From positions 1-64,000 of the IMG/VR virus record IMGVR_UViG_3300021256_000078: 64,000 bases of DNA; one strand, written 5' to 3'. The stretch is from a virus (Duplodnaviria > Caudoviricetes). Position 1 is the first letter of the stretch; every line of letters starts with the position of its first letter. This document shows positions 18,853-28,708 of this stretch, one piece after another. The notes below the pieces were generated by a model, which worked only from the letters and a program-made list of their open reading frames with translations, had not been told where the DNA came from and did not search any database. A program made the position numbers and the translations under genes.

Positions 18853-19095
18853 TTAATTGCCGTAGAAAGCTTCCTTCATTGCAAGTAACTCAGATTTCGT
18901 GTCAAACTCAGTCTTCTCGATGACGCGGTCCAAGTTGCCGAGTGCTGTGAGGGTGATCGTTTCAGAATACGACTTGAGCTCTTCAATAGTGTCTGCTTTC
19001 ACTTTGAACTCAAGGCCATTCTCCTTCGTCACCTCCGGTTCGTACCCGTTGCTTACCGACTTTCTGCATCGTACAGTTACTGTGCATTCCAACAT
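18853..19095 (-). CDS. cassette ORF, hypothetical
   Basis: promoter at 19139, terminator at about 18808-18850. Confidence 0.7.
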   Translation of the reverse strand: MLECTVTVRCRKSVSNGYEPEVTKENGLEFKVKADTIEELKSYSETITLTALGNLDRVIEKTEFDTKSELLAMKEAFYGN

Positions 19096-19178
19096 AATTC
19101 TTGATTCCTTTCATGCAATAATGTCAGATTTCTCTGCATTATAGACGTTGCAGAAATTACGAAATAGAAGAGGACCTG

Positions 19179-19358
19179 TTAATTAACAGATCCTCCAATC
19201 TTTTTTAAGACTTTTACTTTAAACATTTCAAAAGCCATTTGTCTACTCGCTAGTCGTTTACATTGTGCTCTGTCGCCTTTTTCATCATAAATATCCCATA
19301 ACTCTTCGCATTCTGCAATTTCTTCATCGATTAGTTTAATAAATTCTTCTGGTGTCAT
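19179..19358 (-). CDS. cassette ORF, 59 aa (not in ORF track)
   Basis: GGAGG SD, MTPEEFIKLIDEE...GGSVN*. Confidence 0.65.
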   Translation of the reverse strand: MTPEEFIKLIDEEIAECEELWDIYDEKGDRAQCKRLASRQMAFEMFKVKVLKKIGGSVN

Positions 19359-19431
19359 GTTTAAAATCGCCTCCCTATAAAGGAGCCTGTAAATCTTACG
19401 AGAAATTTATAGGACCTGTAAGTTACAAGTC

Positions 19432-19698
19432 CTATATACCCATTATTGTATCAAATACCAAACTAGTATAATGTAATACGTCATCTTCGGTGTCGTCTCT
19501 AAACATTTCAATAGCAATAATATCAGCTGTTTCTTTCAATTGCTCATATGTCTGATCGATTAGTTGAATAACTTCTTGAGTGCTTGATTTAGTACTCAAT
19601 ATTTCGTCAACCTCTCGTTCATAACGTCTTTGCAACCCTTTAAAAATCATCTCATATTTATGCCTATCATGCTCGTTTAATAAACTATAAATTGACAT
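19432..19698 (-). CDS. cassette ORF, hypothetical
   Basis: promoter at 19715, AGGAGGT SD. Confidence 0.7.
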   Translation of the reverse strand: MSIYSLLNEHDRHKYEMIFKGLQRRYEREVDEILSTKSSTQEVIQLIDQTYEQLKETADIIAIEMFRDDTEDDVLHYTSLVFDTIMGI

Positions 19699-19765
19699 AT
19701 TATCACCTCCTTCTAATAAAGGAGCTGTAAAACTTACGAGAAAAAGAATGGAAGCCGCTGATTTC

Positions 19766-19948
19766 TCAAACGGCCTCCTTTTTCCATACTTTTATTATTC
19801 TATTATGTTCTGTTAACTCATAAAGTTGTGTGTGGTCGTATAAAGATCTGTCTTTCTCGTTAATTAGACCTCTTTCAATCATATCGTCTAACGGAGAAAG
19901 ATAATTTGTTTTATGCAACTGTCCTTCAAATTCATAAGTTATATACAT
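19766..19948 (-). CDS. hypothetical protein
   Basis: GGAGG SD overlapping the upstream gene. Confidence 0.6.
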   Translation of the reverse strand: MYITYEFEGQLHKTNYLSPLDDMIERGLINEKDRSLYDHTQLYELTEHNRIIKVWKKEAV

Positions 19949-20205
19949 AAATCTTCACCTCCATTAAAGAAACTGCAAGAATTACGGTTTTTACACTGCA
20001 TATTGCACATTTCGCCGTCAAGTTTGCAGAACGGAATATTAGCGTGCATATCCTGCTCCCACTCAACACTTGGACAATTCTTCATGAATTCAGTATCTGC
20101 CTTCTCTTGTTCGAGTATGTCGCTGAAACTTAATTCTTTGCCTTGCTCTTGCGCTGAATATAATAGAAGAAAAAGTATCAGCCAGACATTATCATTATCA
20201 AACAT
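19939..20205 (-). CDS. Cys-rich hypothetical protein
   Basis: GGAGG SD, 88 aa. Confidence 0.65.
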   Translation of the reverse strand: MFDNDNVWLILFLLLYSAQEQGKELSFSDILEQEKADTEFMKNCPSVEWEQDMHANIPFCKLDGEMCNMQCKNRNSCSFFNGGEDLCI

Positions 20206-20237
20206 TCTGAATCCTCCATAAAAAAGAAGAGGAACTG

Positions 20238-20459
20238 TCAGTTCCTCAGTGCTTGTTTAAGCTTTCTATCCTCATAGCATCCGATGAATGTTCGCAACAT
20301 ATCAAGTCTACTTTCAGCGCAACGAAGTAACCATGCATCATCATTGTCCTCGTTTACTTCGTTCAACTGCCCAATATATGCTTCGACTCCATCAATTTGA
20401 GTATTGAGCTTTTTAATGAGTTCAAGTCTCTCTTCTTTTGTCATAATACTTTCCTCCAT
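20238..20459 (-). CDS. cassette ORF, paralog of 26615-26818
   Basis: MTKEE...TQIDGVEAYI; promoter at 20485. Confidence 0.7.
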   Translation of the reverse strand: MEESIMTKEERLELIKKLNTQIDGVEAYIGQLNEVNEDNDDAWLLRCAESRLDMLRTFIGCYEDRKLKQALRN

Positions 20460-20502
20460 TTAAATAATGTCAGATCTCTCTGCATTATAGGAGTTGTTAA
20501 AA

Positions 20503-21630
20503 TTACGATTCTTCTTTCTTTAGATACTTCTTAAACCGATTCTCATCTCCGACCGAAATATCATTCTTCAGATCCAGACCGAACTCCTCAGCCTTCTCAA
20601 GGATCGCTTCCGCCAGTTCCTTCTCATGCTTCGGATCGACATAGTTAAAGAACCTTATAGCAGACTTCACGTGTTTCTTGTCGGGCATAGGGAATTTCTT
20701 AAGCTCCGGAACGCCATAGAGATCTTCGTCATCTTCAGGCTCGGAATGCTCCACGGTGACTTCAAGTCCATTTTCGGTTTCGCGAGTACCGACGACTTTT
20801 CCAATGGGTTCTGAATCTAAGTGCTTTACTAGTGATTCCATTTCTCGAACAGTCAGCACGTTAGGATGCCCGCATTCACATAATTGGCCCATTGCATCCT
20901 CATGATTCAGATCCGCATGCAGAATATAATTCTCCACGGAACTGAAGGGTGCAATCTGAGGAGGCCAGGCAGTTACTGGGATCTCTTCGCCGTTAAGCTC
21001 CCTGTCTGCATCCAGTTTCATCTTGATCTGCAGCAGGAGATCCTCTACCAGCAGCCTCGTTTTTGGATACATGTACTGTTTGTCCTTGTGCTCGGCGTAC
21101 CAGTCAAAAATCTCATACAGATTACCGTTTTTCCAGCTGAAGGACCACCAGTCCGCGATCATTTCGATAACGTACTCCTTCGGCATTTCCAGTGGTTTTA
21201 ACGGCTTTCTGCTCATGAACTCAATGGCTGCTACCATGGCATGACGAACCTCATCCTCAGTATAATTCTCTGGGTACGACAGAACCGTAATGACCTGCTC
21301 ACGGTATGCTTCATTGAAAAGCTCTCCTGTACCTGGTACGGGATCGTCTTCAATCAACACCCAGTGCTGCCAATGGTGCGGGTTGTGGTGGATATGGTGA
21401 AGCCATGCCCGATCAAAATCCTGACAGACCTTCCAGGTTTTGTTCTGACCATAAAAGTACTGGTCATAGGGATCATATTCTTCAATAGAATACTTCGAAT
21501 CGTCATGATTCATGGAATAGCGACCGGACCATTCCGGCTGTCCGAGATCTAGATTATCATACATCCAGGTCTCTGCTTTCTGAACATTTGCGATATGTTC
21601 ATCTAAGTACGTGTCATATGCTAGACTCAT
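20503..21630 (-). CDS. HD-superfamily (DUF5662-like) protein with extra C-terminal domains
   Basis: H...HDDSKY, WLHHIHHNPHHWQHW, EMIADWW. Confidence 0.65.
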   Translation of the reverse strand: MSLAYDTYLDEHIANVQKAETWMYDNLDLGQPEWSGRYSMNHDDSKYSIEEYDPYDQYFYGQNKTWKVCQDFDRAWLHHIHHNPHHWQHWVLIEDDPVPGTGELFNEAYREQVITVLSYPENYTEDEVRHAMVAAIEFMSRKPLKPLEMPKEYVIEMIADWWSFSWKNGNLYEIFDWYAEHKDKQYMYPKTRLLVEDLLLQIKMKLDADRELNGEEIPVTAWPPQIAPFSSVENYILHADLNHEDAMGQLCECGHPNVLTVREMESLVKHLDSEPIGKVVGTRETENGLEVTVEHSEPEDDEDLYGVPELKKFPMPDKKHVKSAIRFFNYVDPKHEKELAEAILEKAEEFGLDLKNDISVGDENRFKKYLKKEES

Positions 21631-21893
21631 TTGTTGTTTTCCTCCTCGAGATTTTTTTTACAAGCCCACTTATCCATTTTTTCTAAAAAGTCTTTTATAG
21701 AATTATTTGCAAAAATATTGCCATAATCATCGGTTCCGAAAACTTCAATTATGTCTTGTTTTTCCATACCGAAGCCAGGACGTAAAGGACAATTTTTAAA
21801 GAGCACATGAAGCATACATTCTACGGCCCTTAGACCTTCGTTATAGCCCTCGTCGTACAGCGTGCGACAATCTTCGGAAATATCACTCATCAT
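21627..21893 (-). CDS. hypothetical protein
   Basis: stop/start overlaps on both sides. Confidence 0.65.
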   Translation of the reverse strand: MMSDISEDCRTLYDEGYNEGLRAVECMLHVLFKNCPLRPGFGMEKQDIIEVFGTDDYGNIFANNSIKDFLEKMDKWACKKNLEEENNK

Positions 21894-22435
21894 TTTATCT
21901 CCTTAGGAAATGGTATAGCATCATAGTGCTTTCCGGTTTTACGGTAATGAACAAAATTATTTGTAGATTCGGCCCTCATTTTATCGAGATCAAACATTTT
22001 CATATAGTATTCAGTTCGGCCTAAATAAATAAAAGTTTTGTTATAATCCATGCTGCAGTCGTATGCACATATAATCTCGTCACCAACATGAAGTTCCTGT
22101 TCTTCTTTTTTCTGTTTAGTTTTCCATTCGAGCGTCTTGTCGATAATCTCTTCAGGAGTAAATCCAAGTATGATATTACATACCGAACAAATGTCAAATG
22201 CATCTTTTAAATCAGAAGTAGACATTCCATCTTCGGCAGCAATAATGCGAAAGGCTTCGTATAGATCTTTAGTCCCTTTATTGTAAGCTTCATCAATCTT
22301 CGCTTGTAATTCAGTGCTGGAGTCCTTTAGATAAGCTTTATCGATTGCCGAGTATGCATCCTGAAGCGCTTTATTTAAATTTTCTTCCGCCTGTCTTAGT
22401 TTACACATTGCATCATTGAATTTCTCGTAGTTCAT
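21890..22435 (-). CDS. hypothetical protein
   Basis: 181 aa, coupled overlaps. Confidence 0.7.
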   Translation of the reverse strand: MNYEKFNDAMCKLRQAEENLNKALQDAYSAIDKAYLKDSSTELQAKIDEAYNKGTKDLYEAFRIIAAEDGMSTSDLKDAFDICSVCNIILGFTPEEIIDKTLEWKTKQKKEEQELHVGDEIICAYDCSMDYNKTFIYLGRTEYYMKMFDLDKMRAESTNNFVHYRKTGKHYDAIPFPKEIK

Positions 22436-22737
22436 GCCAAACCTTCTTCTTTCTTCAATTTACGGAGTTCCTTTTCTAATTCCAGAATCCGTTCTTGCCG
22501 CTGAATATCACAGCTAACCAGTTCGGTTAAAGAGATATTAAACTTTTCAGAGATCTTAACCGCTCTGTCCAGATCGATTGGAGTCTCTCTTCGAAACATA
22601 GTCGCCAAATATCCGCGGCGAAAGCCTATCTCTTCTTCGAAATCCTGGATTCTGATTCCCTGCTTTTTACAGAAATATTGAGTATTCGAAATAAGGATCT
22701 GAGATGGAGTCATAAATAGTCGATTCCTACCTTTCAA
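22432..22737 (-). CDS. XRE-type HTH regulator
   Basis: GIRIQDFEEEIGFRRGYL...ISEKFNISLTELV. Confidence 0.65.
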   Translation of the reverse strand: MKGRNRLFMTPSQILISNTQYFCKKQGIRIQDFEEEIGFRRGYLATMFRRETPIDLDRAVKISEKFNISLTELVSCDIQRQERILELEKELRKLKKEEGLA

Positions 22738-23179
22738 CAGCCATCAAACGAAGGACCTCTTTCTCCAGTGCACGGTTAGTAAATCTACCCACAACCCAGT
22801 CGTTCATTATATATTGTATGGCCTGTTCTCTATCAGTAAAAAAGTGAATTCCATTTACGCACATGTATGGTTGTTCTTCGAAACGATCCGGATAAACAAT
22901 TTCTCCTGGATGATAGCAAAAGTTTGGATCGAAAAGTGAATATGCCGAATCTAAGTATTCTCGAGTTACTTCTACAATTGGTTCTAAAAGGCATCCCATG
23001 GTGTCAACTATTTTATTAATTTTCAGAACCCTGGCGACATTGGATCGATTCGAGCTCTCAAAACTATAGCATTTTAATCCAGGATAATCTTCAGGGATCT
23101 CAAGTTCAATTAACGCGTAACAAAAGCGGAGATCACCATTGTCTTCAATCTCACCTAATCCAATCTTATAGCCTTTCAA
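22727..23179 (-). CDS. DUF5758-like protein
   Basis: F.Y..G..V.PD.F...C..GIHFF..RE.A motif. Confidence 0.55.
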   Translation of the reverse strand: MKGYKIGLGEIEDNGDLRFCYALIELEIPEDYPGLKCYSFESSNRSNVARVLKINKIVDTMGCLLEPIVEVTREYLDSAYSLFDPNFCYHPGEIVYPDRFEEQPYMCVNGIHFFTDREQAIQYIMNDWVVGRFTNRALEKEVLRLMAVER

Positions 23180-23196
23180 AAGTCATTTCCTTTCTA

Positions 23197-23469
23197 TTAA
23201 TAGCCTTCAATTTCCTTGTATAATTCTTCAGCTGCACAAATCAGAATCCCATCAACACTGAGCTTCGAATTCTGATAGGTTTCCGGTAAAATACAGAATT
23301 TCGCATTGACGCCTGTCCGACTCTTTGAATAGTCACGAACATAAACCTGAATATCTCCCCATGGTCCCTGTTCGATGCTCCAGGTCACGCTGCGATGGGT
23401 TTTCACAAAATCCAGCAGCCATTCAGCGAACGTCTGGGTCTTTGGTTCGTTCATTTGATTTCTCCTCAT
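23197..23469 (-). CDS. hypothetical protein
   Basis: ORF in operon. Confidence 0.6.
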   Translation of the reverse strand: MRRNQMNEPKTQTFAEWLLDFVKTHRSVTWSIEQGPWGDIQVYVRDYSKSRTGVNAKFCILPETYQNSKLSVDGILICAAEELYKEIEGY

Positions 23470-23568
23470 GTTTCAGGCATACGACCTTAAAGTCAGTGTC
23501 TGTTTCTACGACTTCAAAGTACTTGCAGTCAACACAATTTGTGATCTCCGGATAAAACTTGCAATGGT

Positions 23569-23820
23569 TCATCTTGCCTCCAGAATGACATTACTGGCGT
23601 GTGTGAGGTATACGACGCCGTCAATCTTCACCTGTAGCTGATCGCCATCTTCAAAATCCGTCCACGACTGCACTTTGCCCTGTGCAACAATTTCTCCGCT
23701 AGGTGAATAGATCGTCGCATAGTCAAACCGAAATGTTGCATCTATCATCTGCCTATTGCCGCAGCCGGTGAGAAGCATTGCGAAAATAAGTACCAGGATT
23801 ATCGCGATAAGTTTTTTCAT
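23569..23820 (-). CDS. small phage lipoprotein
   Basis: signal peptide with LTGC lipobox. Confidence 0.7.
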   Translation of the reverse strand: MKKLIAIILVLIFAMLLTGCGNRQMIDATFRFDYATIYSPSGEIVAQGKVQSWTDFEDGDQLQVKIDGVVYLTHASNVILEAR

Positions 23821-24401
23821 ATATTTTTCCTCATTTCTTTAAAATAATCTCGACTCCTACACCATTCAGCGTGTAAAAGCACCCGTTTTTCTCTAACGTT
23901 TTCAGATTCTGATCCGGGAAATTCGGATTAATGCACTTCAGGACCGTGTTGATCTGTTCCACAGTCCCGATGACAATCATGTTCTGCGTTTCTGTCATCT
24001 TTACAATCCTCCTTTTTTAGGTAATATTATGTTGAAAACTCTTTACTTCAGAAATATCAGCCAGAACGGAACCCAATAGACCACGCCGAGAATCAGGAAT
24101 GTTCCGATAACGTAGACAAGATTTACCGATGCTTTATACTCCGTGCTCCACTGAAGTCCGGACTCAAGCAGTAACCACAATGCAAGAATAAGCCCTGCGA
24201 AAAAATAGTTCATAGTGACATCATTCCTTTATCTTGCGACACGATTCACGGCAAGACTGAGCGCTGTGGAGCTGTCCATTCCGAGTTCTCTCAATTTCAC
24301 CAGAATCGCATCCCGCTGTTTTTTGTCATTGGTATGGATCGCCTTTGCGAGCTTATAAATATAAAGTTCCTGTTCTTCCATAAGACATGATCTCCTTTGA
24401 A

Positions 24402-24692
24402 TTATTTATGCATTGGCTGATGCTGCAGCTCCCATTGACGGTCAAAGTCTGTTGGATCGTCAAAAAATTCCCGCATCAAAGAATTGTACTTTTTGCAGCA
24501 TGACGGACAAAGCAGCTTGGAACTTCCTGTATCATGGGTCGCCTTAGGATAAATCGTGTTCCAGTCAGTTGCTTCTTTAAATTTATCAAATTTGGTAAAG
24601 CCGCCATCCAGTTCTTCTTCGCCGATTTTTTCGAAAAACGAAGTTGTCCCGCATCGATCGCAAATATAATATTTACCCGCCTTGATTGACAT
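24402..24692 (-). CDS. zinc-ribbon protein
   Basis: CDRC...CPSC. Confidence 0.6.
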   Translation of the reverse strand: MSIKAGKYYICDRCGTTSFFEKIGEEELDGGFTKFDKFKEATDWNTIYPKATHDTGSSKLLCPSCCKKYNSLMREFFDDPTDFDRQWELQHQPMHK

Positions 24693-25101
24693 TGGAGTTC
24701 TCCTTTACTGATTCGGTATGATTATCGCAGTAATCCTGAATATCCTGCTGCATGAGTGAAAGCACATATTTCATTTCATTAAGTTGCTTAGTTTTGTCCT
24801 CATTGTGTTCTCGATTACGCTTCCATGAAATATAACGAAACGTATCGAGAATACTAAAATACAGGGCAAATGAATTTCCTGATGTTCTGTCAAGATATTC
24901 TATAGTGTAGTCGTCTAGGATCCACGAAGAGTCAGCGATCGCATATAATGCTAAAAACTGTCGGAACTTGATTTTTCCAGTTGCATTATACTTTCTGCCG
25001 AACATGATTTCATAAGCATCAACATTGAATGCTAACCACAAAATAACCATAACAATCAAGAAAAACATAATCCATAGTAATATAATGCCGAGCGTCTTCA
25101 T
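24673..25101 (-). CDS. membrane-anchored hypothetical protein
   Basis: N-terminal TM helix. Confidence 0.65.
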   Translation of the reverse strand: MKTLGIILLWIMFFLIVMVILWLAFNVDAYEIMFGRKYNATGKIKFRQFLALYAIADSSWILDDYTIEYLDRTSGNSFALYFSILDTFRYISWKRNREHNEDKTKQLNEMKYVLSLMQQDIQDYCDNHTESVKENSNVNQGG

Positions 25102-25601
25102 TGATTCTGTTGCTCCTGCTTTTCTTTTGACTCGATCATCCAGCCGAGATAAACCTGAGCCTTCTTCAGATCTTCGAGTCCATTCTTTTCTCTGAACCTC
25201 CAGACATATTTCATGACATTGCCTTTGCAGTATCCCTGAAATTCCTCAGGAGTCATGCTAGCTTCGATTGCCTTGATGCACTCAATGCCACCTTGGCAGT
25301 AGTGTCCTGGGTGATTAACGGCATCTGATTTTTCTTCGATTTCGGATTCGTAGCATCGCATCAATGGCGACTCATCGCACTGTACACATATTTCAACGTC
25401 TTGCTTTTTGTTCCTGCATTTCGAAAAAAGTCTTTCATCATGATACATGCAAAGAGTCTGTTCATTCTTTAGCAAATTATCAGCTTCAATACATCTATGC
25501 CCATAATTGTTTTCGAAGTTTTTATTTCTGCAAACAGTATCATCGTCAAAAACACAAAATCCCATTAATGGTTCCTCCAGTCGCAAAACTCTTCGAACCA
25601 T
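25098..25601 (-). CDS. DUF3310 (SaV / T7 gp1.7-like) domain protein
   Basis: VNHPGHY..GGIECI, GNVMKY.WR...KNG.EDLKKA..YL. Confidence 0.75.
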   Translation of the reverse strand: MVRRVLRLEEPLMGFCVFDDDTVCRNKNFENNYGHRCIEADNLLKNEQTLCMYHDERLFSKCRNKKQDVEICVQCDESPLMRCYESEIEEKSDAVNHPGHYCQGGIECIKAIEASMTPEEFQGYCKGNVMKYVWRFREKNGLEDLKKAQVYLGWMIESKEKQEQQNQ

Positions 25602-25756
25602 TCATTCCGAATGATTCCGAGAAATATCAGTACTTTCTTCCACCACGGAAACATCCAGGCCAGATCCTTCCACTCCAGCCATCGATTCCATCGGTGAATC
25701 AGTTTCTTCATCGTCGTACCCCTCCTTTTTTCATAAAATATCTCCTTTAAATCCAT
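25565..25756 (-). CDS. hypothetical Trp-rich protein
   Basis: ORF in operon; start may be internal. Confidence 0.5.
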   Translation of the reverse strand: MDLKEIFYEKRRGTTMKKLIHRWNRWLEWKDLAWMFPWWKKVLIFLGIIRNEWFEEFCDWRNH

Positions 25757-25804
25757 GTCTTAATTTCAAAAGCATATGTCGCTGTTTTTTCTTTCAAAAA
25801 GACC

Positions 25805-25831
25805 AGAGGACCTGTAAATTACAAGCCCTCT
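25805..25831 (-). terminator. repeated terminator family AGAGGGCTTGTAATTTACAGGTCCTCT
   Basis: near-identical hairpins at about 18817, 19169, 19411, 25805 and 26211, followed by U-rich tracts. Confidence 0.7.
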
Positions 25832-25838
25832 TGTTGGA

Positions 25839-26150
25839 TTATTCCTTTTCCTGTTTATGTTCTGCCAAATATTCTCGTGCCCAGGTTTCTAGTTCGCATT
25901 TTCCGCATGTCATAATGTTATATGTATCTACGGCATCGCCTTCAGAAATATAACTTATAGATCCGTCTTCTTTCTCAAATGGAATGTTCATCATCCATTC
26001 AATAAATCCATTTTCATCATGCCAATCTCCTCCGGCGATAATCCAGGATGCAAGATATCGTGACATGCGAATTCCTTTAATGAACTCATTCTCCCAACCT
26101 AGTTGTTTGCCTTCTAGAATACCATTTGTAAGAACATTAATAATTTTCAT
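25839..26150 (-). CDS. cassette ORF, hypothetical
   Basis: promoter at 26179, AAGGAG SD. Confidence 0.75.
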   Translation of the reverse strand: MKIINVLTNGILEGKQLGWENEFIKGIRMSRYLASWIIAGGDWHDENGFIEWMMNIPFEKEDGSISYISEGDAVDTYNIMTCGKCELETWAREYLAEHKQEKE

Positions 26151-26247
26151 AACAATTCTCCTTTCTGGAATATCTCCATTATAGGAGCCGTAAAACTTAC
26201 GAAAAAGATTAGAGGACCTGTAAATTACAAGCCCTCTTCCCTTACGT

Positions 26248-26493
26248 TTAGGTGTTTTTCTTTTTGTTATCCCAGTAGGCTATTTCGTCATGAACCCTAA
26301 AATCCTGAATTGCCAAGTTCCAGTCATTGCCCTCTTTGACTGACAGTTCCTGAATTCCGTCACTGATGCTTTTCAGTTCAGCATACGATTCCGGATATTT
26401 GTCGAAAAGCTCTGCCAGCCACATATTGTACCTATGTGCGAGAGACTCGACTCTTTCGGTATACTTAGGTTCTTCTTTTTTCCGTCTTCCCAT
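26248..26493 (-). CDS. cassette ORF, hypothetical
   Basis: promoter at 26527, GGAGG SD. Confidence 0.75.
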   Translation of the reverse strand: MGRRKKEEPKYTERVESLAHRYNMWLAELFDKYPESYAELKSISDGIQELSVKEGNDWNLAIQDFRVHDEIAYWDNKKKNT

Positions 26494-26614
26494 AAATAAA
26501 AAACCTCCTAAAATGTTTTTTCTTCATTATAGGAGTCGCAAAAATTACGAAACGTGTGTTTCTTTGAGAAAAAAGAAGAGAAGCCGTTAAGCTTCCCTTT
26601 TATGTTGGATCGAA

Positions 26615-26818
26615 TCAGAATTGATTCAGTGTATCAAGATCCTTCCTCAAATCCTCCAGATGAACCCAGATACGGTTAATGGTGTAGATGAAATCAAATT
26701 CTTCATCATTCTCATTAATCACTCTCGGCTCTTCGGAGGGCTTTGCAAGCTCTTGAATATAGCTTTCAAATCCATCCAACTGTGTTTCGGCCTTCTTCAA
26801 AATCTCTTCTTTCGTCAT
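26615..26818 (-). CDS. cassette ORF, paralog of 20238-20459
   Basis: MTKEE...TQLDGFESYI; promoter at 26864. Confidence 0.75.
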   Translation of the reverse strand: MTKEEILKKAETQLDGFESYIQELAKPSEEPRVINENDEEFDFIYTINRIWVHLEDLRKDLDTLNQF

Positions 26819-26881
26819 GATAAATTCTCCTTTTCAATATAGTTTAAGGATTCTTATCCTCTATTATAGGAGTTGTAAAAC

Positions 26882-27094
26882 TTACGAAGCATGTGTTTCT
26901 TCCCAGTGTTTCTTTGCGGTTTCCACCATATCGACATTATCCTCATGAAAATATCCACCGGCTTTTTCAATGGCAAAGATGATCTCTTCAATCGCCGCAT
27001 CGGTCTTTCCTTCTCTCAGAAACCGCAGCGCATTATTGAGCAGATCACACGACGGATATCTTCCGAACAGCAGATTTCGTCTTTTGATGTTCAT
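26882..27094 (-). CDS. hypothetical protein
   Basis: GGAGGAG SD. Confidence 0.6.
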   Translation of the reverse strand: MNIKRRNLLFGRYPSCDLLNNALRFLREGKTDAAIEEIIFAIEKAGGYFHEDNVDMVETAKKHWEETHAS

Positions 27095-27333
27095 TCTTTA
27101 ATCTCCTCCCACTACATAATAATTATTGCGATTTTAGCTTATAGTAATGCTTCCGTCATCAAGTTCACAGATCTCAATCGGCAGACCATAATCATAAGTA
27201 ATTTTAGTATCTTTTGGGTAGTTCTCAAGAACTTTGATTAGGTCTTCGACGGTTTTTATTTCACAATCTGTCGAATTCATTATTCCATCCAGCTTAGATC
27301 TTCGGCTTCCTTCAGAATATCAACAGCCTATTT

Positions 27334-28314
27334 TTATTGTTCTGCATCAGTTATGCTGCCGAGATCGAGAATATAATCATTCCCATCTCCAAGAACCGTT
27401 GTCGGAAGTTTGCCATCCCACTGCTTGATCCAGTAATAGTCAATAACATTTCCATTAAGAGATTCGCCGATTCGCTTATTCATTTCGGCTTCTTTTTCAC
27501 CGGCGTAAAGTGCGGCCTCTGCCTGAACCTTGACTACTTCAAGATCTGCATTGGCCGCGATAACTGCCTTTTCAGCCTCCGCATTTGCCGCGATAATGGC
27601 TCGTTTTGCAGTCTGCTCTTCTTCCATCGTCTTCTGGGCCTGCTCAGTTTCAGCCTTGAGCTTATTTTGAGCTGCCACCTGCTTGGCCTCAACAGCATTG
27701 GTAAACGTATCGGTAAAGTCAATATCGCGAATGGCAATGGATACGACATTGATTCCATAACGATTCATATCGGCAGCAACGCTTTCTGTTACCTTCTGCG
27801 ACAGAATATCACGGTTCCCAATTAGACTCTCAGCAGTATACTTTGCAAAAATAGTCTTAATATTGTCCTGAATTGGACCAAACATGACAGTTTCGTAGTA
27901 ATTAGTTCCAACTGCTTTGTAAATATCACGTGCTGCAGTCTGATCAATGCTGTAATTGATAGTAACCGCATAAGAAGCTTCCTGAAGATCACTTGAAAAT
28001 GCAGCCGATTCGAATTCCTGCTTCTGAATACGGTTATCCATTTTCACAACTTCCTGCCAGGGAGCAATAAAGTTAATACCGGATCCAACAGTTCGGTCCT
28101 CAACCCTGCCGAACGTGGTAAGAATTCCGGTATAGCCAGTCGGGACAACGGCGATGCAACTTGCGATGAACAGTGCAATGGAAATAAAGACCGCAATGAG
28201 AAGGGGCCAGGGAGTGAACTTCTTACCGGATTCTTCATCTCGCATGGCTGGAATGATGCAGCCTACTGCAATACCGGCGATAATTAAAATAATAGAAAAT
28301 ACAATTGCGAACAT
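27334..28314 (-). CDS. SPFH/Band-7 (prohibitin-like) membrane protein
   Basis: two N-terminal TM helices, VPTGYTGILTTFG, AVEAKQVAAQ coiled coil. Confidence 0.85.
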   Translation of the reverse strand: MFAIVFSIILIIAGIAVGCIIPAMRDEESGKKFTPWPLLIAVFISIALFIASCIAVVPTGYTGILTTFGRVEDRTVGSGINFIAPWQEVVKMDNRIQKQEFESAAFSSDLQEASYAVTINYSIDQTAARDIYKAVGTNYYETVMFGPIQDNIKTIFAKYTAESLIGNRDILSQKVTESVAADMNRYGINVVSIAIRDIDFTDTFTNAVEAKQVAAQNKLKAETEQAQKTMEEEQTAKRAIIAANAEAEKAVIAANADLEVVKVQAEAALYAGEKEAEMNKRIGESLNGNVIDYYWIKQWDGKLPTTVLGDGNDYILDLGSITDAEQ

Positions 28315-28375
28315 GTTTTTAGTCTCCTTTTTTAAATATAATTCAAATCTGCATTGATAAAAAGCACGCGATGAG

Positions 28376-28708
28376 TCACGAATCACCTCCCGATGTGTAT
28401 GTTATATGATTTACCTCATACGTTAATTGAGTCCGAATTTGTTGTTTATCCATATCAAGATACGAATGTAGTGTGAATGAGCCGAGAGTATTTCCGCCAT
28501 AAACAAGATAACAATATTTTATAAAATCATATAACCCATAAGTTGGTTTTTCATAAAGAGTAAATTCATCCGGATGAGCTCTAACATAATCAATATCTAG
28601 ACCATAATAATCTAATATTTTTATAATGGCTTTGTCCGTTGCACTATCGATCGCATCCCAATATTCGCTAAGCTTTTCACCGAGAACGTTTAATTGCTCA
28701 TTTGTCAT
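28376..28708 (-). CDS. hypothetical protein
   Basis: start MTNEQL with AAGGA SD. Confidence 0.6.
   Translation of the reverse strand: MTNEQLNVLGEKLSEYWDAIDSATDKAIIKILDYYGLDIDYVRAHPDEFTLYEKPTYGLYDFIKYCYLVYGGNTLGSFTLHSYLDMDKQQIRTQLTYEVNHITYTSGGDS

Larger units (their letters stand above)
18784..20508 (-). promoter_or_regulatory. five phage promoters heading consecutive cassettes
   Basis: copies at about 18784, 19139, 19376, 19715 and 20485; the first four abut the upstream cassette's terminator. Confidence 0.75.
26179..26888 (-). promoter_or_regulatory. three phage promoters heading cassettes
   Basis: copies at 26179, 26527 and 26864. Confidence 0.75.
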
